Origin: a virus
Lineage: Duplodnaviria > Caudoviricetes
Direction: 5' to 3' (one strand)
Length of the DNA stretch: 63,678 nucleotides
Virus record (IMG/VR): IMGVR_UViG_3300017565_000005
Coordinates: 1-63,678 of that record
The notes beneath the pieces were generated by a model, which saw nothing but the letters and a program-made list of their open reading frames with translations, was not told the origin of the DNA and did no database searches. Position numbers and translations under genes: made by a program. Shown piece after piece: positions 9,301 through 16,106 of the stretch. The number at the start of each line of letters is the position of its first letter. Position 1 is the first letter of the stretch.

Positions 9301-11223
9301 GATATTCGCGAGCGGTTCGGCCAAGTCCTGCAGGCGAGGGGGTTTCGCCGGCACTTCATTCAATCGAGCAACGTGCCGGGGTATTCGACCGACTTCGAGC
9401 GCTCCATGGCCGAGTACATTGTCGGATCTGCCGGGTATCTTGCGCGCCGCCAGCATAGTGAGATGTGGGATAAAGCCGTCCAGGGGATCAAGGGCGAAAA
9501 GCTGAAAGCGTACGCGACGGATTACCGGCAGTACGTGAATGATCCGAGCGAGGAATATTCGCTCATCCGGCAGATCGGCTTTTTCAAATACATAAGCGGC
9601 AACCTTTCGTCCGCGTTCCTGAACGCGACACAGGTGCCGCTGCTGACGATGCCGTTCCTGACCCAAATCACAAGCTATCCGCAGGCATCCGCCCAGGTGG
9701 CGCGCGCCTACAAGGACGCGCTGAGCATCTTGCGCCCCGACCGTGTGGGCATGCACATGTTCGACCTTAAGAGTGCGCCGGCGGACGTACGTGAGGATTT
9801 GATCCGCGCCGGCCAGGAAGGTCTGTTGTTGCCGTTGCAAAGCCTCGAAGTGATGGGCATGGCGAACCGTCGCACGCCCGGCGGGCGGCGCTGGCAGAAA
9901 GGGTTTGATAGCACGGTGCAGTATGCCGGCATTCCGTTTACCGGCATCGAGCGGCTGAATCGCGTCGTGACGTTCATCGCGGCCGCACGGCTTTCCAAGC
10001 AGCCGCGCACGCGCGCCAAGATCGAGCAGGTGTTTCGGGCGAACCCCATGGCGCGGTCGAAACTGCACAATGAGGACGGCAGCTTCAGCACGTACGGTTT
10101 CAGCGAATTCGCTGTGGACGAGACGCAGCTGGTCATGGGCAAGGGCAACCGTCCCACGCTCATGCGCAGCATCGGCACGCCTATCTTCCAGTTCAAGAGC
10201 TTCACCTTCCAGGCGCTGGAGGCGATGTTCATGCGCTTCCCGATGCAGGGCAAGGAAGGCAGGAAAGCGAGGAATCTTGCGCTGATTACGATGATGGTCC
10301 TGTCCGGCTTTTGGGGCCTGCCCGGCATCGACGACCTGCGCGACATTCTTGAGAAATCGTACAAAGGACTCACCGGGAAGGATTTCGATACCCGAGACTG
10401 GGTGCGCCAGAAAATTTACGAAACGACCGATTCTTTGTGGCTGGCGCGGTTCTTTGATATGGGCCTGCCGGCGGCCGGCGTGACGGTGGGCGACACGCAT
10501 ATCGGTGTCGACATGAGCCGGCGTATCGGCATGGGCAACCTGCTGCCAGGATCCGAGTACGAAACGACCGGCATATCCGCCGTCGACAATTATCTGCTCG
10601 GATCGCTCGGGATCCCTGGCGATCTGATTTTTGGCACGACCATTCGCGCCGGACAGCAGTTTCTGCGCGGAGACGTAGGCGGCGCGGTCACGCAGTACAT
10701 GCCGAACTTCGTGGAGAACGCTCGACGTTCGTACGAATGGCACACGAAGGGCGTCCTGACGCGCGCGCAGCGCAAGATGCTCAATCCCGAGGACGTGGAA
10801 ACTTCCTCCATCATCCTGAAGTCGATCGGTTTTCAGCCCACGCAGATATCCGAACTGTATGCCGGCCAAGCGGCCGAGCGGCGCAGCCAGAACGCAATAT
10901 CGCAGCTACGTTCCAATCTGAAAGGCAATCTGGTGCGGGCGCTCGCGGCGGAAATGCGCAACAGCGACCCCGAGAAGGTGGCCGAACTCGGTCATGACGT
11001 GGACAAGGCGTTTCAGGCGATCATCGATCACAACGAGTCGATCACGCGCCCGGAAGACGAAATCAAGGTGACGAACTCGTCGATCCGGCAGATGATGCAG
11101 CGCGAGTTGGGTGGCGTGCCAGCAGCGTTCGGACGGGAGAAGAAGGCGGCTCGCGGAACGGCGCAGGCCCGTCGCCGTGCCTACGACTTGGAGCGCTATC
11201 TGGAGCCCAGGCCGGCCGATTAA
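1..11223 (+). CDS. Giant DarB-like polyvalent internal virion protein, C-terminal part (N6-adenine methyltransferase, SNF2 helicase, ART-like, LPD3-like, zincin, PLxRFG-like domains); continues from 57892
   Basis: Frame 1 is open from base 1. Motifs: EPGMGVG (~724), NPPF (~919), HAVGAGKT (~2779), DEMH (~3259), QREGRGVRQGN, YHGT...GRDG...VFRPEQIKS (~5257-6021), HEAMH (~6799), YVPFTRYG (~8812). Confidence 0.93.
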   Translation, partial: QDVPANEEPARTGDLFGQPDRDGDAVDRHSDERSDDAGSSEAAAVRRRAHGGAAGEHGAQDGRGSGAVAGDRGTAAGSVRGRSRAKRADEPVRPDGGLLARENAERDGRPVNAPRNYRIQPGELTREGSWKVTAERNVSIVELVKRLESENRMATPEEKALMTRFTGWGASEIANGVFPDQHGRFKPGWEALGERLKAALTEEEYANAQRSTQYAHYTSEGVIRSIFAGLERFGFKGGQIVEPGMGVGLFAGLMPDAIAAHSTYTGIEFDNITGAIAKHLYPQSNIIVGDFTRTNLPTNYFDAAIGNPPFSSTVISNDPEYKRHRFMLHDYFFAKTIDRVRPGGVVVFVTSKGTMDKASDKARKYLADRANLIGAVRLPQTAFKDNAGTEVVTDVLFLQKKGEGVEDNGVSWLGLKEVNTKGGEPTQVNEYFAAHPEMVLGEHSMTGSMYRANEYTVEPRAGEDIEQAFAKAVQSLPEGIYNPERGTKADKAKVIERDFNPTNRKEGGLYLSEDGTLMQVENGSGVPVTKRKSADGKKTIDLSAKQIGWLKDYVGLRDALKQAQYDQLNDGDWQASLKALNDVYDKFVKKHGQILSHTIIERENKDGTTSVTQRFKNQQLWEMDAEGALVFGIERTKPDGTVTKGPVFSERVLKRPTEPEIKTTQDALMVSLNRLGRLDIDDVAKLAGLPRDEAIDALGTAIYEDPSVGWQMADEYLSGNVVRKLEQARTAADLNKKYARNIDALLAVQPRPLGPTDITVRLGANWVPASDIADFAQEIMNERIDVTYQPITGEWTAVGHGSVAGSEWAAGNMSPSAVLDAVLNSRQLKVTYRDADGKPHTDPVATEQANDVARKMKEAFSRWVWTNPERSDRLTRYYNENFNNIAPRQYDGSHLTLPGVSLRFTLHPHQKRAVWRGIQDGDVYLAHAVGAGKTIEMIASGMEQRRLGLISKPIYTVPNHMLAQFSNEFLELYPTAYIMVADEQNFHTSNRRRFIAQASLNNPDAIVITHSAFGRIGMSDEFADAFVRRQIDEWQTALKDASDQITKKQIQRRIEELERRLEGKQSKEKKDQVLTFEELGADYIFVDEMHEFRKLDFATNQGNIKGIDPNGSQRALDLFMKVEYLRGKRPGRSITGASGTPITNTMGELFTVQRFFQPEQLVEDGLDTFDAWAAQYGDTVTGLEQDAAGGYVPVTRFAKFQNVPELMRRVRSFMDIVTNTKLGELVTRPNVKGGSRQIVVTPMPAGYKEYQAQLAARITAIKNRRGKPQKGDDIILTVINDGRFSSIDLRFVDPALLPDPDSKLNRMIDDMIDAYRATANNQYKSESDGSTDPNKGSTILVFSDIGLGEQAAKRRGFSMREWIEKRLTDAGIPREHIAFMRDYKQHAKKGRLFADMREGKKRLLIGGKDMETGVNVQKRLTHIFHLDAPWFPSSVEQREGRGVRQGNQNGEVDIRSYATKGSYDSTMWGMNARKARFIEQAMSGDDNIRSMEDVSEASAFELAAALASGDERYLKLAGLRGDVERLGRLRQAHHDGQNRMQRDRHWAESEIDRKTKLVKQYKDAIAKRVPIQAGEFEGKIGGKSFDSRDEFGVALFDAFKKLVSEQSEATKVIGHIGGFNIRFDGTRAGSDFFADVHVDVPGGDPILTFPIEDGMSVKGLATKAANQVNALDRRLTMAEQDIEASKRKIEQIDARFGAPFAEEAELMDKIAQLNDLETELAAESKEAESQQAPEQPKTEPPGDVAYSVLPVTETPAFKKWFGDSKVVDAEGKPMVVYHGTHGDFSAFRASQRDNTGTENEEFFFTESSSVASGYALMSTLGADIRALENQLDAVHDEMDAVEAAREAYWENKNWTDEQHDPWEYPKDDPGYEPEPDWSIKQESLRKREARIERQIERLEGKRDTTRGQIQGGESVYPVYLSMQNPLVVDAGAKGRGTADEIAIGLHSHLVEQAKKDGRDGVIVKNVHDSPVETDPHTVYIVFRPEQIKSATGNRGTFDSSNPDITYSVKADGEVISASARGTQLLQDQTPMSIRSTPALRDMKVPALRDLMFADLREANGLSHPDVGDISIGRRGWSKSRANASDPAKLLIIPSLPEIIRSGAYLGSTPAQGKSADIVGYHYIARRLNVDGVPVIALVTIEENSAGTLSYYNHTVLSDNFAAKSDGPADGLLASYRRPMFAPDGRMTRGQTLTAAHASVRDALRAGPLGALIDRLISGGHIVVHQSQLTLPASMRGKSALQGFTDKGIVNVAAENLTPQTAMPVLLHEAMHAKGEQLVGTKKWNALNKRLERLYKAAQVRKAEGRVRDGDYWDGALRRVNAAKDQGAISPAREVEEFGTYAIENYELAPSGIKKWVDDFIGMVKDWLYRRFGIQAGEVTPAQLRAMAIAALRSMDGTAPQFSRAMGGMAMNDGAMSAEDRYFVNEVLSELAANDEFFRHPRSTGYTLDRVTDDMGTGLTYIGAEPILESDQNDYNGAERQHRLRTAAGNPVRVFEDKNRVWLDVSRLDPGEGGSAVYAAIANYAYNTGKTFIGDPDGLSDEALYRRTEAMLNSALKFGTTRHLEPHPYQLEGNAELGVAPLKWQNGEDAENVRSMIDVVTQFVDSHVPDARDATFDFQSRTFRTGEGEPVTDGVLRGWVAPEKGGTFGIGGSSLKRSLLYKSLLRSASSERPGLLERVFRTHAELVAAGAPLNQISYSVSEREEALDEASAALAAADEPVGPALTDNLGSAIRDFYGLRGLWHRFITHPYTIAVLFPEFTPVFNAFEAQNRQRNLIMEDLYRDFADYQALSGDEKEGVNKVLELGRLTSNVYSDAELKAGIENPGYRNAVRIDEEGKAHRVRQDIKTGLTKAGDKINLNQKQIQAYKSVRKMFDRALQMFRDQMLQEFGLGRYAGQPKAAEAMMKQAAGLPKTSGERARLEEMAQFVADIEQASRTGYVPFTRYGDFFIAVKERQADIQYKRDGDDYLATEVPQALVEYLDSIGANYDNEADAWRLTEDQRKSLEKENEIAIYSEKVETGIKDIFGRNSVRRVKNEKRPVHNIPSVKKAFKRITAEYIDGHPGRRLVSGEVSKQRVEGDIDMQGLDALAELASIEKEVWGDIRERFGQVLQARGFRRHFIQSSNVPGYSTDFERSMAEYIVGSAGYLARRQHSEMWDKAVQGIKGEKLKAYATDYRQYVNDPSEEYSLIRQIGFFKYISGNLSSAFLNATQVPLLTMPFLTQITSYPQASAQVARAYKDALSILRPDRVGMHMFDLKSAPADVREDLIRAGQEGLLLPLQSLEVMGMANRRTPGGRRWQKGFDSTVQYAGIPFTGIERLNRVVTFIAAARLSKQPRTRAKIEQVFRANPMARSKLHNEDGSFSTYGFSEFAVDETQLVMGKGNRPTLMRSIGTPIFQFKSFTFQALEAMFMRFPMQGKEGRKARNLALITMMVLSGFWGLPGIDDLRDILEKSYKGLTGKDFDTRDWVRQKIYETTDSLWLARFFDMGLPAAGVTVGDTHIGVDMSRRIGMGNLLPGSEYETTGISAVDNYLLGSLGIPGDLIFGTTIRAGQQFLRGDVGGAVTQYMPNFVENARRSYEWHTKGVLTRAQRKMLNPEDVETSSIILKSIGFQPTQISELYAGQAAERRSQNAISQLRSNLKGNLVRALAAEMRNSDPEKVAELGHDVDKAFQAIIDHNESITRPEDEIKVTNSSIRQMMQRELGGVPAAFGREKKAARGTAQARRRAYDLERYLEPRPAD

Positions 11224-11351
11224 AGCAGAAAGGCGACGACGAAGCCGAAGCCTAGCAAGCCGGCATGAAACAGGACGGACAAGGCAACGGCGATGCGCTC
11301 TTTGCGCAGGCCGCCCATCAACAGGCTGGTTTGGGGATCGTAGCTACTCAT
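11220..11351 (-). CDS. 43-aa single-pass membrane peptide (MSSYDPQTSLLMGGLRKERIAVALSVLFHAGLLGFGFVVAFLL)
   Basis: ATG with a GAGGA SD; upstream TTGTTT-16nt-TAGAAT promoter; hydrophobic C-terminus; stop overlaps the giant-gene stop (TTAA); too short for the ORF track. Confidence 0.65.
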   Translation of the reverse strand: MSSYDPQTSLLMGGLRKERIAVALSVLFHAGLLGFGFVVAFLL

Positions 11352-11440
11352 TTCTATTCCTCAGTAATGGCCCCATTCTAACCCCTAAATCCACGAAAAC
11401 AAAGCTTCCTGTTGTTTTTCGGCTTGCTTTGGCACCGGCA

Positions 11441-11457
11441 GGTGATAAAATCTCACC
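11441..11457. promoter_or_regulatory. 17-bp palindromic operator overlapping the extended -10 of the lysis promoter
   Basis: GGTGATAAAATCTCACC; TTGCTT at 11424 and TG-A-TAAAAT. Confidence 0.75.
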
Positions 11458-11510
11458 ATGCGCTGCGCAGGACGTGCGGCTTCCTCTCTCACCACCATGG
11501 AGGACGCCAA

Positions 11511-11729
11511 GTGAACGTCCACAGGAGCAGCGTAACAATGAAAGACGAAACGGTAACTACGGCGGCGGCGAAAGCGGCTCTGCCTGTGGGTGTTTCAGGC
11601 AGCTTGATCTTCGGCTATCCCGTCAGCGAAGTCGTTCAATTCATCACCCTCATTTTCCTGATCCTGCAAATCGGGCTTCTTGTCCCGAAGTATTGGGCGT
11701 TGCTCAAAAGCAAGCTGGGCCGCAAATGA
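11511..11729 (+). CDS. Holin (likely pinholin), dual start GTG 11511 / ATG 11538
   Basis: Small hydrophobic protein with a basic C-tail directly upstream of the endolysin; each start has its own SD (GGAGGA, AGGAG). Confidence 0.8.
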   Translation: MNVHRSSVTMKDETVTTAAAKAALPVGVSGSLIFGYPVSEVVQFITLIFLILQIGLLVPKYWALLKSKLGRK

Positions 11730-12220
11730 TCCCGGCATCGCTCAAGCAGAAAATCCTGCTGGCTTCAGCGGGCGGCGCGATCGCCATCGCCGGCGTGCTG
11801 GTGACGTACTTCGAGGGGCGCGCCTACGTGCCGTACCTCGATCCTGTCGGGATCCTGACCGTCTGCGAGGGCCATACCGGCCCCGACATCATCCCCGGCA
11901 AGCGCTACACCGATGCCGAATGCGATGCGCTGCGCGACGCGGATCTGCGCATTGCCGAACGAGCCGTCGAGCGGCGCGTCAAGGTGCGTCTGAACCCGTG
12001 GCAAAAGGCGGCGCTGATCGATTTCACGTTCAACGTGGGCGAGGGCAATCTGGCCAGTTCTACGCTGCTACGGAAACTGAACGCTCACGACTATGACGGC
12101 GCGTGTCGCGAATACGACAAGTGGAACCGCGCGCGCGTGCGCGGCATCCTCACGACCCTGAAGGGCCTGGTTAAGCGCCGCGCTGCCGATCGCTGGGTCT
12201 GCGAGGGCGGCAGTGATTAA
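11726..12220 (+). CDS. SAR endolysin, GH24 lysozyme
   Basis: N-terminal Gly/Ala-rich hydrophobic segment then E-8x-D-5x-T triad (FEGRAYVPYLDPVGILT); FTFNVG; GLVKRR. Confidence 0.93.
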   Translation: MIPASLKQKILLASAGGAIAIAGVLVTYFEGRAYVPYLDPVGILTVCEGHTGPDIIPGKRYTDAECDALRDADLRIAERAVERRVKVRLNPWQKAALIDFTFNVGEGNLASSTLLRKLNAHDYDGACREYDKWNRARVRGILTTLKGLVKRRAADRWVCEGGSD

Positions 12221-12584
12221 AGCCTATCTCTTTGCCTCGCTGGCCGGAGCGATAGCAGGCTTTGGTGCCGCGTGGTTCATCCAGGCCGGCTATGTCGATG
12301 CAGCTGAGGCCCGTACCGATATCGCCATTGAGCAAAAGCGCGCTGTCGAACATGACCTGAAAGTTTGCAAGTTAGGGGTTGAATTGCAAAACGCCGCCAT
12401 TGCTGAATTGGAAGAAAAGGCACGCAAGGCACAGGTCGAATTGCACGCGGCAAAGGAAAGCAGGGATCTGGCTGAATCTCGCGCCGACCGCATCCTGCAA
12501 GAGCGCACCCCGGCCGACCAAGACGCATGCACGTCTGCACGCAACGCATTCGCTGATGAACTTCGACAGGAGCGCACGCGATGA
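12213..12584 (+). CDS. i-spanin (Rz-like)
   Basis: N-terminal TM segment plus coiled coil; follows the endolysin. Confidence 0.8.
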   Translation: MIKAYLFASLAGAIAGFGAAWFIQAGYVDAAEARTDIAIEQKRAVEHDLKVCKLGVELQNAAIAELEEKARKAQVELHAAKESRDLAESRADRILQERTPADQDACTSARNAFADELRQERTR

Positions 12585-12841
12585 GGGCGCTGCTTGTCGT
12601 CGGCATGGCGGTCCTGCTTGGCGGATGCGCCACGACGCCCGAGCCCAGGACCATCACGCAAGTCGTGAAGGTTCCCGTGCCGTGCGAGCCGCAGCGCCCG
12701 GCCGCGCCGTCATGGGCCGTCGATGCGCTAGGGCTCGATGCGAGAATCGACGAGCAGATGCGCGCGCTTCGCGCCGACCGACAGCGCGCGCGCGGCTACA
12801 TTTCCGAGCTTGAGGCAGCCCTGAACTCGTGCAAAAACTGA
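12581..12841 (+). CDS. o-spanin lipoprotein (Rz1-like)
   Basis: Lipobox LLGGC; Pro-rich; follows the i-spanin. Confidence 0.85.
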   Translation: MRALLVVGMAVLLGGCATTPEPRTITQVVKVPVPCEPQRPAAPSWAVDALGLDARIDEQMRALRADRQRARGYISELEAALNSCKN

Positions 12842-12861
12842 CCGTGCGGAAGCCCCGTTTT

Positions 12862-13095
12862 TGAGTAACAATTTGGGCTACAAACTGCGCAACAATCATG
12901 TTCTTGTGATAAGAAAGAACAATAATATCAAGTACATACAGAAAGTTGTGAGCGTCTCGGCCGCACCATACTTCAAAATCGCGTACCTGATCCAAGTACC
13001 TGATACACAACGGTTTATCGAATTTCTGTGAACTCGCCGTTGCCCGGTTATGCGCTTTGTGTGATACAAACTGCATAACAAATTGGGTTACAGGG
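12862..13095. other. attP region: tRNA-3'-end core TCTCGGCCGCACCA (12955-12968) flanked by two triplets of 12-bp arm-type repeats
   Basis: AT-rich intergenic region next to the integrase; TGAGTAACAATT/TGGGCTACAAAC/TGCGCAACAATC at 12862-12897 and TGTGATACAAAC/TGCATAACAAAT/TGGGTTACAGGG at 13060-13095. Confidence 0.8.
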
Positions 13096-13096
13096 C

Positions 13097-14443
13097 GTGG
13101 TCAGGCTGGCAAATCAGAACCGCTTTTTGTCCGAGCGCGGTGGCGTCTTTTACTACTGCCGGCGCGTGCCGGCGGCGGTCTCCGACACGGACGAGCGCGC
13201 GCCGTTCGTGCGCCAGTCGCTCAAGACCGACGACCTTGCCCGCGCCCGCGCCAAGCGCGACATCCTTGAGAAAGCCGACAACGAACTGTGGGCATCGATG
13301 CTCGCCGGCGAGGACAGCACCATGATCCGCGCCCGCTTCGAGGCGGCCCGCCTGCGCGCCGAAAGCCTCGGGTTCTCGTACCGGCCGGCCGAAGAACTCG
13401 CCCAGCAGGACATATCCGAAATCGTGGCGCGCGTTCTGGCGATCATGGACACGCGCACGCCGCGCCCGGTCGAGGCGGCGGTGCTGGGCGGGGCCGGCGA
13501 CTCGTCGGTGACGGTCAGCGCCGCGTTCGATGTCTACTGCGATGAAATCGTCGCGCAAAAGATATCGAAGAAAAGCCCGGCCCAGCGCAATCTGTGGAAG
13601 CGGATCAAGAGGCGGGCGATCGACTCGTTCATCGAAGTGGTCGAGGACAAGCCTCTGTCCGACATCGATCGGGACGACGCGCGCAAGTTCTACCTGCACT
13701 GGATGAAAAAGATATCGCCCAAGAGCGGCCCGAGGATATCGGCCTCGATGGGAAACCGTGCGATCGGTGACATGCGCGTCCTGTATTCGTCCTACTTCAC
13801 CTATATCGGCCAGGACGACCGCACGAACCCGTTTGCCAATCTCGGGTTTTCCGAGGACAAGAAGCGCAAGCGCCCGCCGTTCCCGAAAGGGTGGATCGAG
13901 GAAAAGATACTTGCCCCTGGCGCGCTGGCGGGGATGAACGAGCAGGAACGTGGCGTGGTGCTGGCGATGATCGAAACCGGCGCGCGCCCGAGCGAGTTGT
14001 GCAATCTGGTGCCGTCGCTCATCCGTCTTGATGCGGACGTTCCGCACATCACGATCGAGCCGCGCGACGATCCCGACGATCCGCGCGAAATCAAGACGCA
14101 TACATCGGTGCGCCGCATCCCGCTGGTGGGCATATCGCTTGAAGTGTTCAAGAAGCACCCGAACGGCTTCCCGCGCTACAAGGACCGGGAAGCGTCGCTG
14201 TCGACCGCGATCGGGAAATACATGCGCGTGAACAAGCTTTTCCCGACGCCCAAGCACAAGACCTATTCGATCCGGCACACCTTCGAGGACCGGATGAAAG
14301 AGGGCAACATCGATACGGAGTTGCGCAAGATCCTGATGGGTCATTCCATCGATCGGCCGGAATACGGCTCGGGCGGGGCCTTGGAATGGCGGCGCGAGCA
14401 GCTTTTGAAAATCGCGCTGCCGTTTGACCCGTCTATCGTTTGA
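13097..14443 (+). CDS. int: Tyrosine integrase with DUF6538-like N-terminal arm-binding domain
   Basis: YYCRRVP N-terminus; TGARPSE, IKT, YSIRHTF, LMGH and a catalytic Tyr (PEYG). Confidence 0.93.
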   Translation: MVRLANQNRFLSERGGVFYYCRRVPAAVSDTDERAPFVRQSLKTDDLARARAKRDILEKADNELWASMLAGEDSTMIRARFEAARLRAESLGFSYRPAEELAQQDISEIVARVLAIMDTRTPRPVEAAVLGGAGDSSVTVSAAFDVYCDEIVAQKISKKSPAQRNLWKRIKRRAIDSFIEVVEDKPLSDIDRDDARKFYLHWMKKISPKSGPRISASMGNRAIGDMRVLYSSYFTYIGQDDRTNPFANLGFSEDKKRKRPPFPKGWIEEKILAPGALAGMNEQERGVVLAMIETGARPSELCNLVPSLIRLDADVPHITIEPRDDPDDPREIKTHTSVRRIPLVGISLEVFKKHPNGFPRYKDREASLSTAIGKYMRVNKLFPTPKHKTYSIRHTFEDRMKEGNIDTELRKILMGHSIDRPEYGSGGALEWRREQLLKIALPFDPSIV

Positions 14444-14645
14444 GACGGCGCTTGGCGCGCGCGAGCAGTTCTTCCTGGCTGCGCATGGTGTGCAGTTCGC
14501 GCTCCAAGCGCTCGAAGATGGGCAGGTAGGCTGTGCCGTTCGGGCCGGCCCGCGAGATAGCGAGCGCGACCCGATCCAGGCACCGTTCCAGCAGCGCTGG
14601 CGTGATGTCGTGACGCTTGACGGGCTGGCGAACGGAAACGGTCAT
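14433..14645 (-). CDS. Small hypothetical protein converging on the integrase
   Basis: Coupled start/stop overlap with the excisionase; YLPIFERLEREL helix. Confidence 0.7.
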   Translation of the reverse strand: MTVSVRQPVKRHDITPALLERCLDRVALAISRAGPNGTAYLPIFERLERELHTMRSQEELLARAKRRLKR

Positions 14646-14824
14646 TCGGCCGGCTCTGTGCGTCTGGCGCGCTCGTAAGCTTCGATGTCGCTCTTGCGGT
14701 AGCGCACAGATCCGCCGATCACATGGTAGGCTGGCCCCTTACCGTTCTTGCGCCAGCGCTTGATGGTGTCGGAACGCAGCCCGTACCGCTCGGCAAGTTC
14801 GCGCTCGGTCAGGTATTCGCTCAT
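14642..14824 (-). CDS. xis: Excisionase / AlpA-MerR-like HTH protein
   Basis: YLTERELAERYG...TIKRWR...GPAY...VRYRKSDIEAYE. Confidence 0.8.
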   Translation of the reverse strand: MSEYLTERELAERYGLRSDTIKRWRKNGKGPAYHVIGGSVRYRKSDIEAYERARRTEPAE

Positions 14825-15003
14825 GCCTTTCCTTTGATTTCCTTGCGGCGGCGAACCTTCTTTTTCGCCTCCGCGATGCGGATCTGCGCGCGTAGCAGCA
14901 TGTCGCGCGACTCGCGTTCGATCTTTTGCCAGAATTCAAGTTCGCATTCCGCGCATTGCTCTTTGTAGGAGCGGCCGTGCGAACAGTGTGTCTTGGTGGT
15001 CAT
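14821..15003 (-). CDS. Small Cys/His-containing hypothetical protein
   Basis: MTTKTHCSHGRSYKEQCAEC; ATGA overlaps on both sides. Confidence 0.6.
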   Translation of the reverse strand: MTTKTHCSHGRSYKEQCAECELEFWQKIERESRDMLLRAQIRIAEAKKKVRRRKEIKGKA

Positions 15004-15992
15004 TGCGCTTCCGCCTGCTGGCGCTCCATCTGTTCTTGAGCAGCGGCGGCTTGCGCGTCGTCGTCGAACTGCGCGCCTTCCTGATCGGCCGGCATGCTGG
15101 CGGCCACGGCGGCATCGGCCTTTTCCGCTTCCTGTTGCAGCAACGTCATGGTGTCGCTGTCGGCCAGGATGGCGGTGCGCACAGGGCCAGGATTCTGCAT
15201 CCAAAGCTCCCGGAACGCCGCTGTTCCCTTTTTCGCGGCTTGCTCCAGCTTGGAAGTGAGGTCGGATACTTCCTTTTTCATCTGTTCCTCGACGGACAGA
15301 CCTTCTTCCAGCCATCGGCGCAGGCGCTCGCCTTCCTTTTCCGAAAGCTTCACGGGATCAAGGAACAGGCGCGTGCGGTCCTTCGATGCGGTGGCGAAAT
15401 TGCCGTCTAGGCTGATGTCCAGCACAGCTGAGAATTCATATTCCAGGCCATCGCGCTGGATGGGGGCCAAGCCGACCTTCTTCGGCACCTGCTTGCCCCT
15501 GGCGTCCTCGACGAGAACGAAGTCGGACTTGCTGCGCATGGTGCAGATCATGTGCATGCGCGATTGCAGGATCGTGTCGATGAATGCGTTGTGGCGCGGC
15601 GTGACATCGGCCCAGGCGACGTAGGAATTGCCCTTGGCTTTGGTGCGGGTCACGGCGTCATGGATTTCCAGAACGCCGCCCTTGCCGTTCCATTCGTGCG
15701 TGATGCTGTCGATGATGCAGATATCGTAGCCCGCATCTTCAGCCTCGCTGATGGCCTCGCGATACGCTTCGGGCGAGAAGGGGGCGTTCAATTCCAGAAC
15801 ATCGAAGTCGGGCATGCCGGCCATGCCGGCGTATAGCGATGCGCTGCCGCGCTCGGTGTCGATGACGGCGATGCGCCCGCCGATACCTTTGGCAAGCAAC
15901 AGCGCCGAGTAGGTTTTGCCGGCCCCGCTCGGGCCGGTAAGAGCAAGACGCAGACGCGCCTGCTTGCGTTCCGCTTTCCTGAAACGGCTCAT
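15000..15992 (-). CDS. Sak4-like (AAA_24) single-strand annealing ATPase
   Basis: FRKAERKQARLRLALTGPSGAGKT, IDTERGS, IIDSITHEW, YEFSAVLD. Confidence 0.88.
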   Translation of the reverse strand: MSRFRKAERKQARLRLALTGPSGAGKTYSALLLAKGIGGRIAVIDTERGSASLYAGMAGMPDFDVLELNAPFSPEAYREAISEAEDAGYDICIIDSITHEWNGKGGVLEIHDAVTRTKAKGNSYVAWADVTPRHNAFIDTILQSRMHMICTMRSKSDFVLVEDARGKQVPKKVGLAPIQRDGLEYEFSAVLDISLDGNFATASKDRTRLFLDPVKLSEKEGERLRRWLEEGLSVEEQMKKEVSDLTSKLEQAAKKGTAAFRELWMQNPGPVRTAILADSDTMTLLQQEAEKADAAVAASMPADQEGAQFDDDAQAAAAQEQMERQQAEAQ

Positions 15993-16026
15993 TATCCTCT
16001 CCGGTAGATTCCGGCCCACGCCGGAT

Positions 16027-16043
16027 GGTGAGATTTTATCACC
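16027..16043. promoter_or_regulatory. 17-bp operator at the leftward recombination promoter
   Basis: GGTGAGATTTTATCACC, the exact reverse complement of 11441-11457. Confidence 0.75.
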
Positions 16044-16106
16044 AATAATCCACCAAAAGAAACAGGATAAAACTATCGAAATGAAAATTCAGATAGCCGT
16101 ACGCTA

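Noticed and set aside
8263-10869. Long antisense ORFs (also 36701-38536, 44340-46109, 56632-58863, 61864-63558, 27432-28823)
   Set aside because: Shadow frames of high-GC genes, with no motifs or SDs
457-11223. ATG 457 as the start of a separate 3,588-aa gene
   Set aside because: The frame is open upstream through the junction to 57892 and there is no strong SD at 457
11111-11725. N-terminal extension of the endolysin ORF (369 aa)
   Set aside because: It overlaps the promoter and holin; the real SAR endolysin start is 11726
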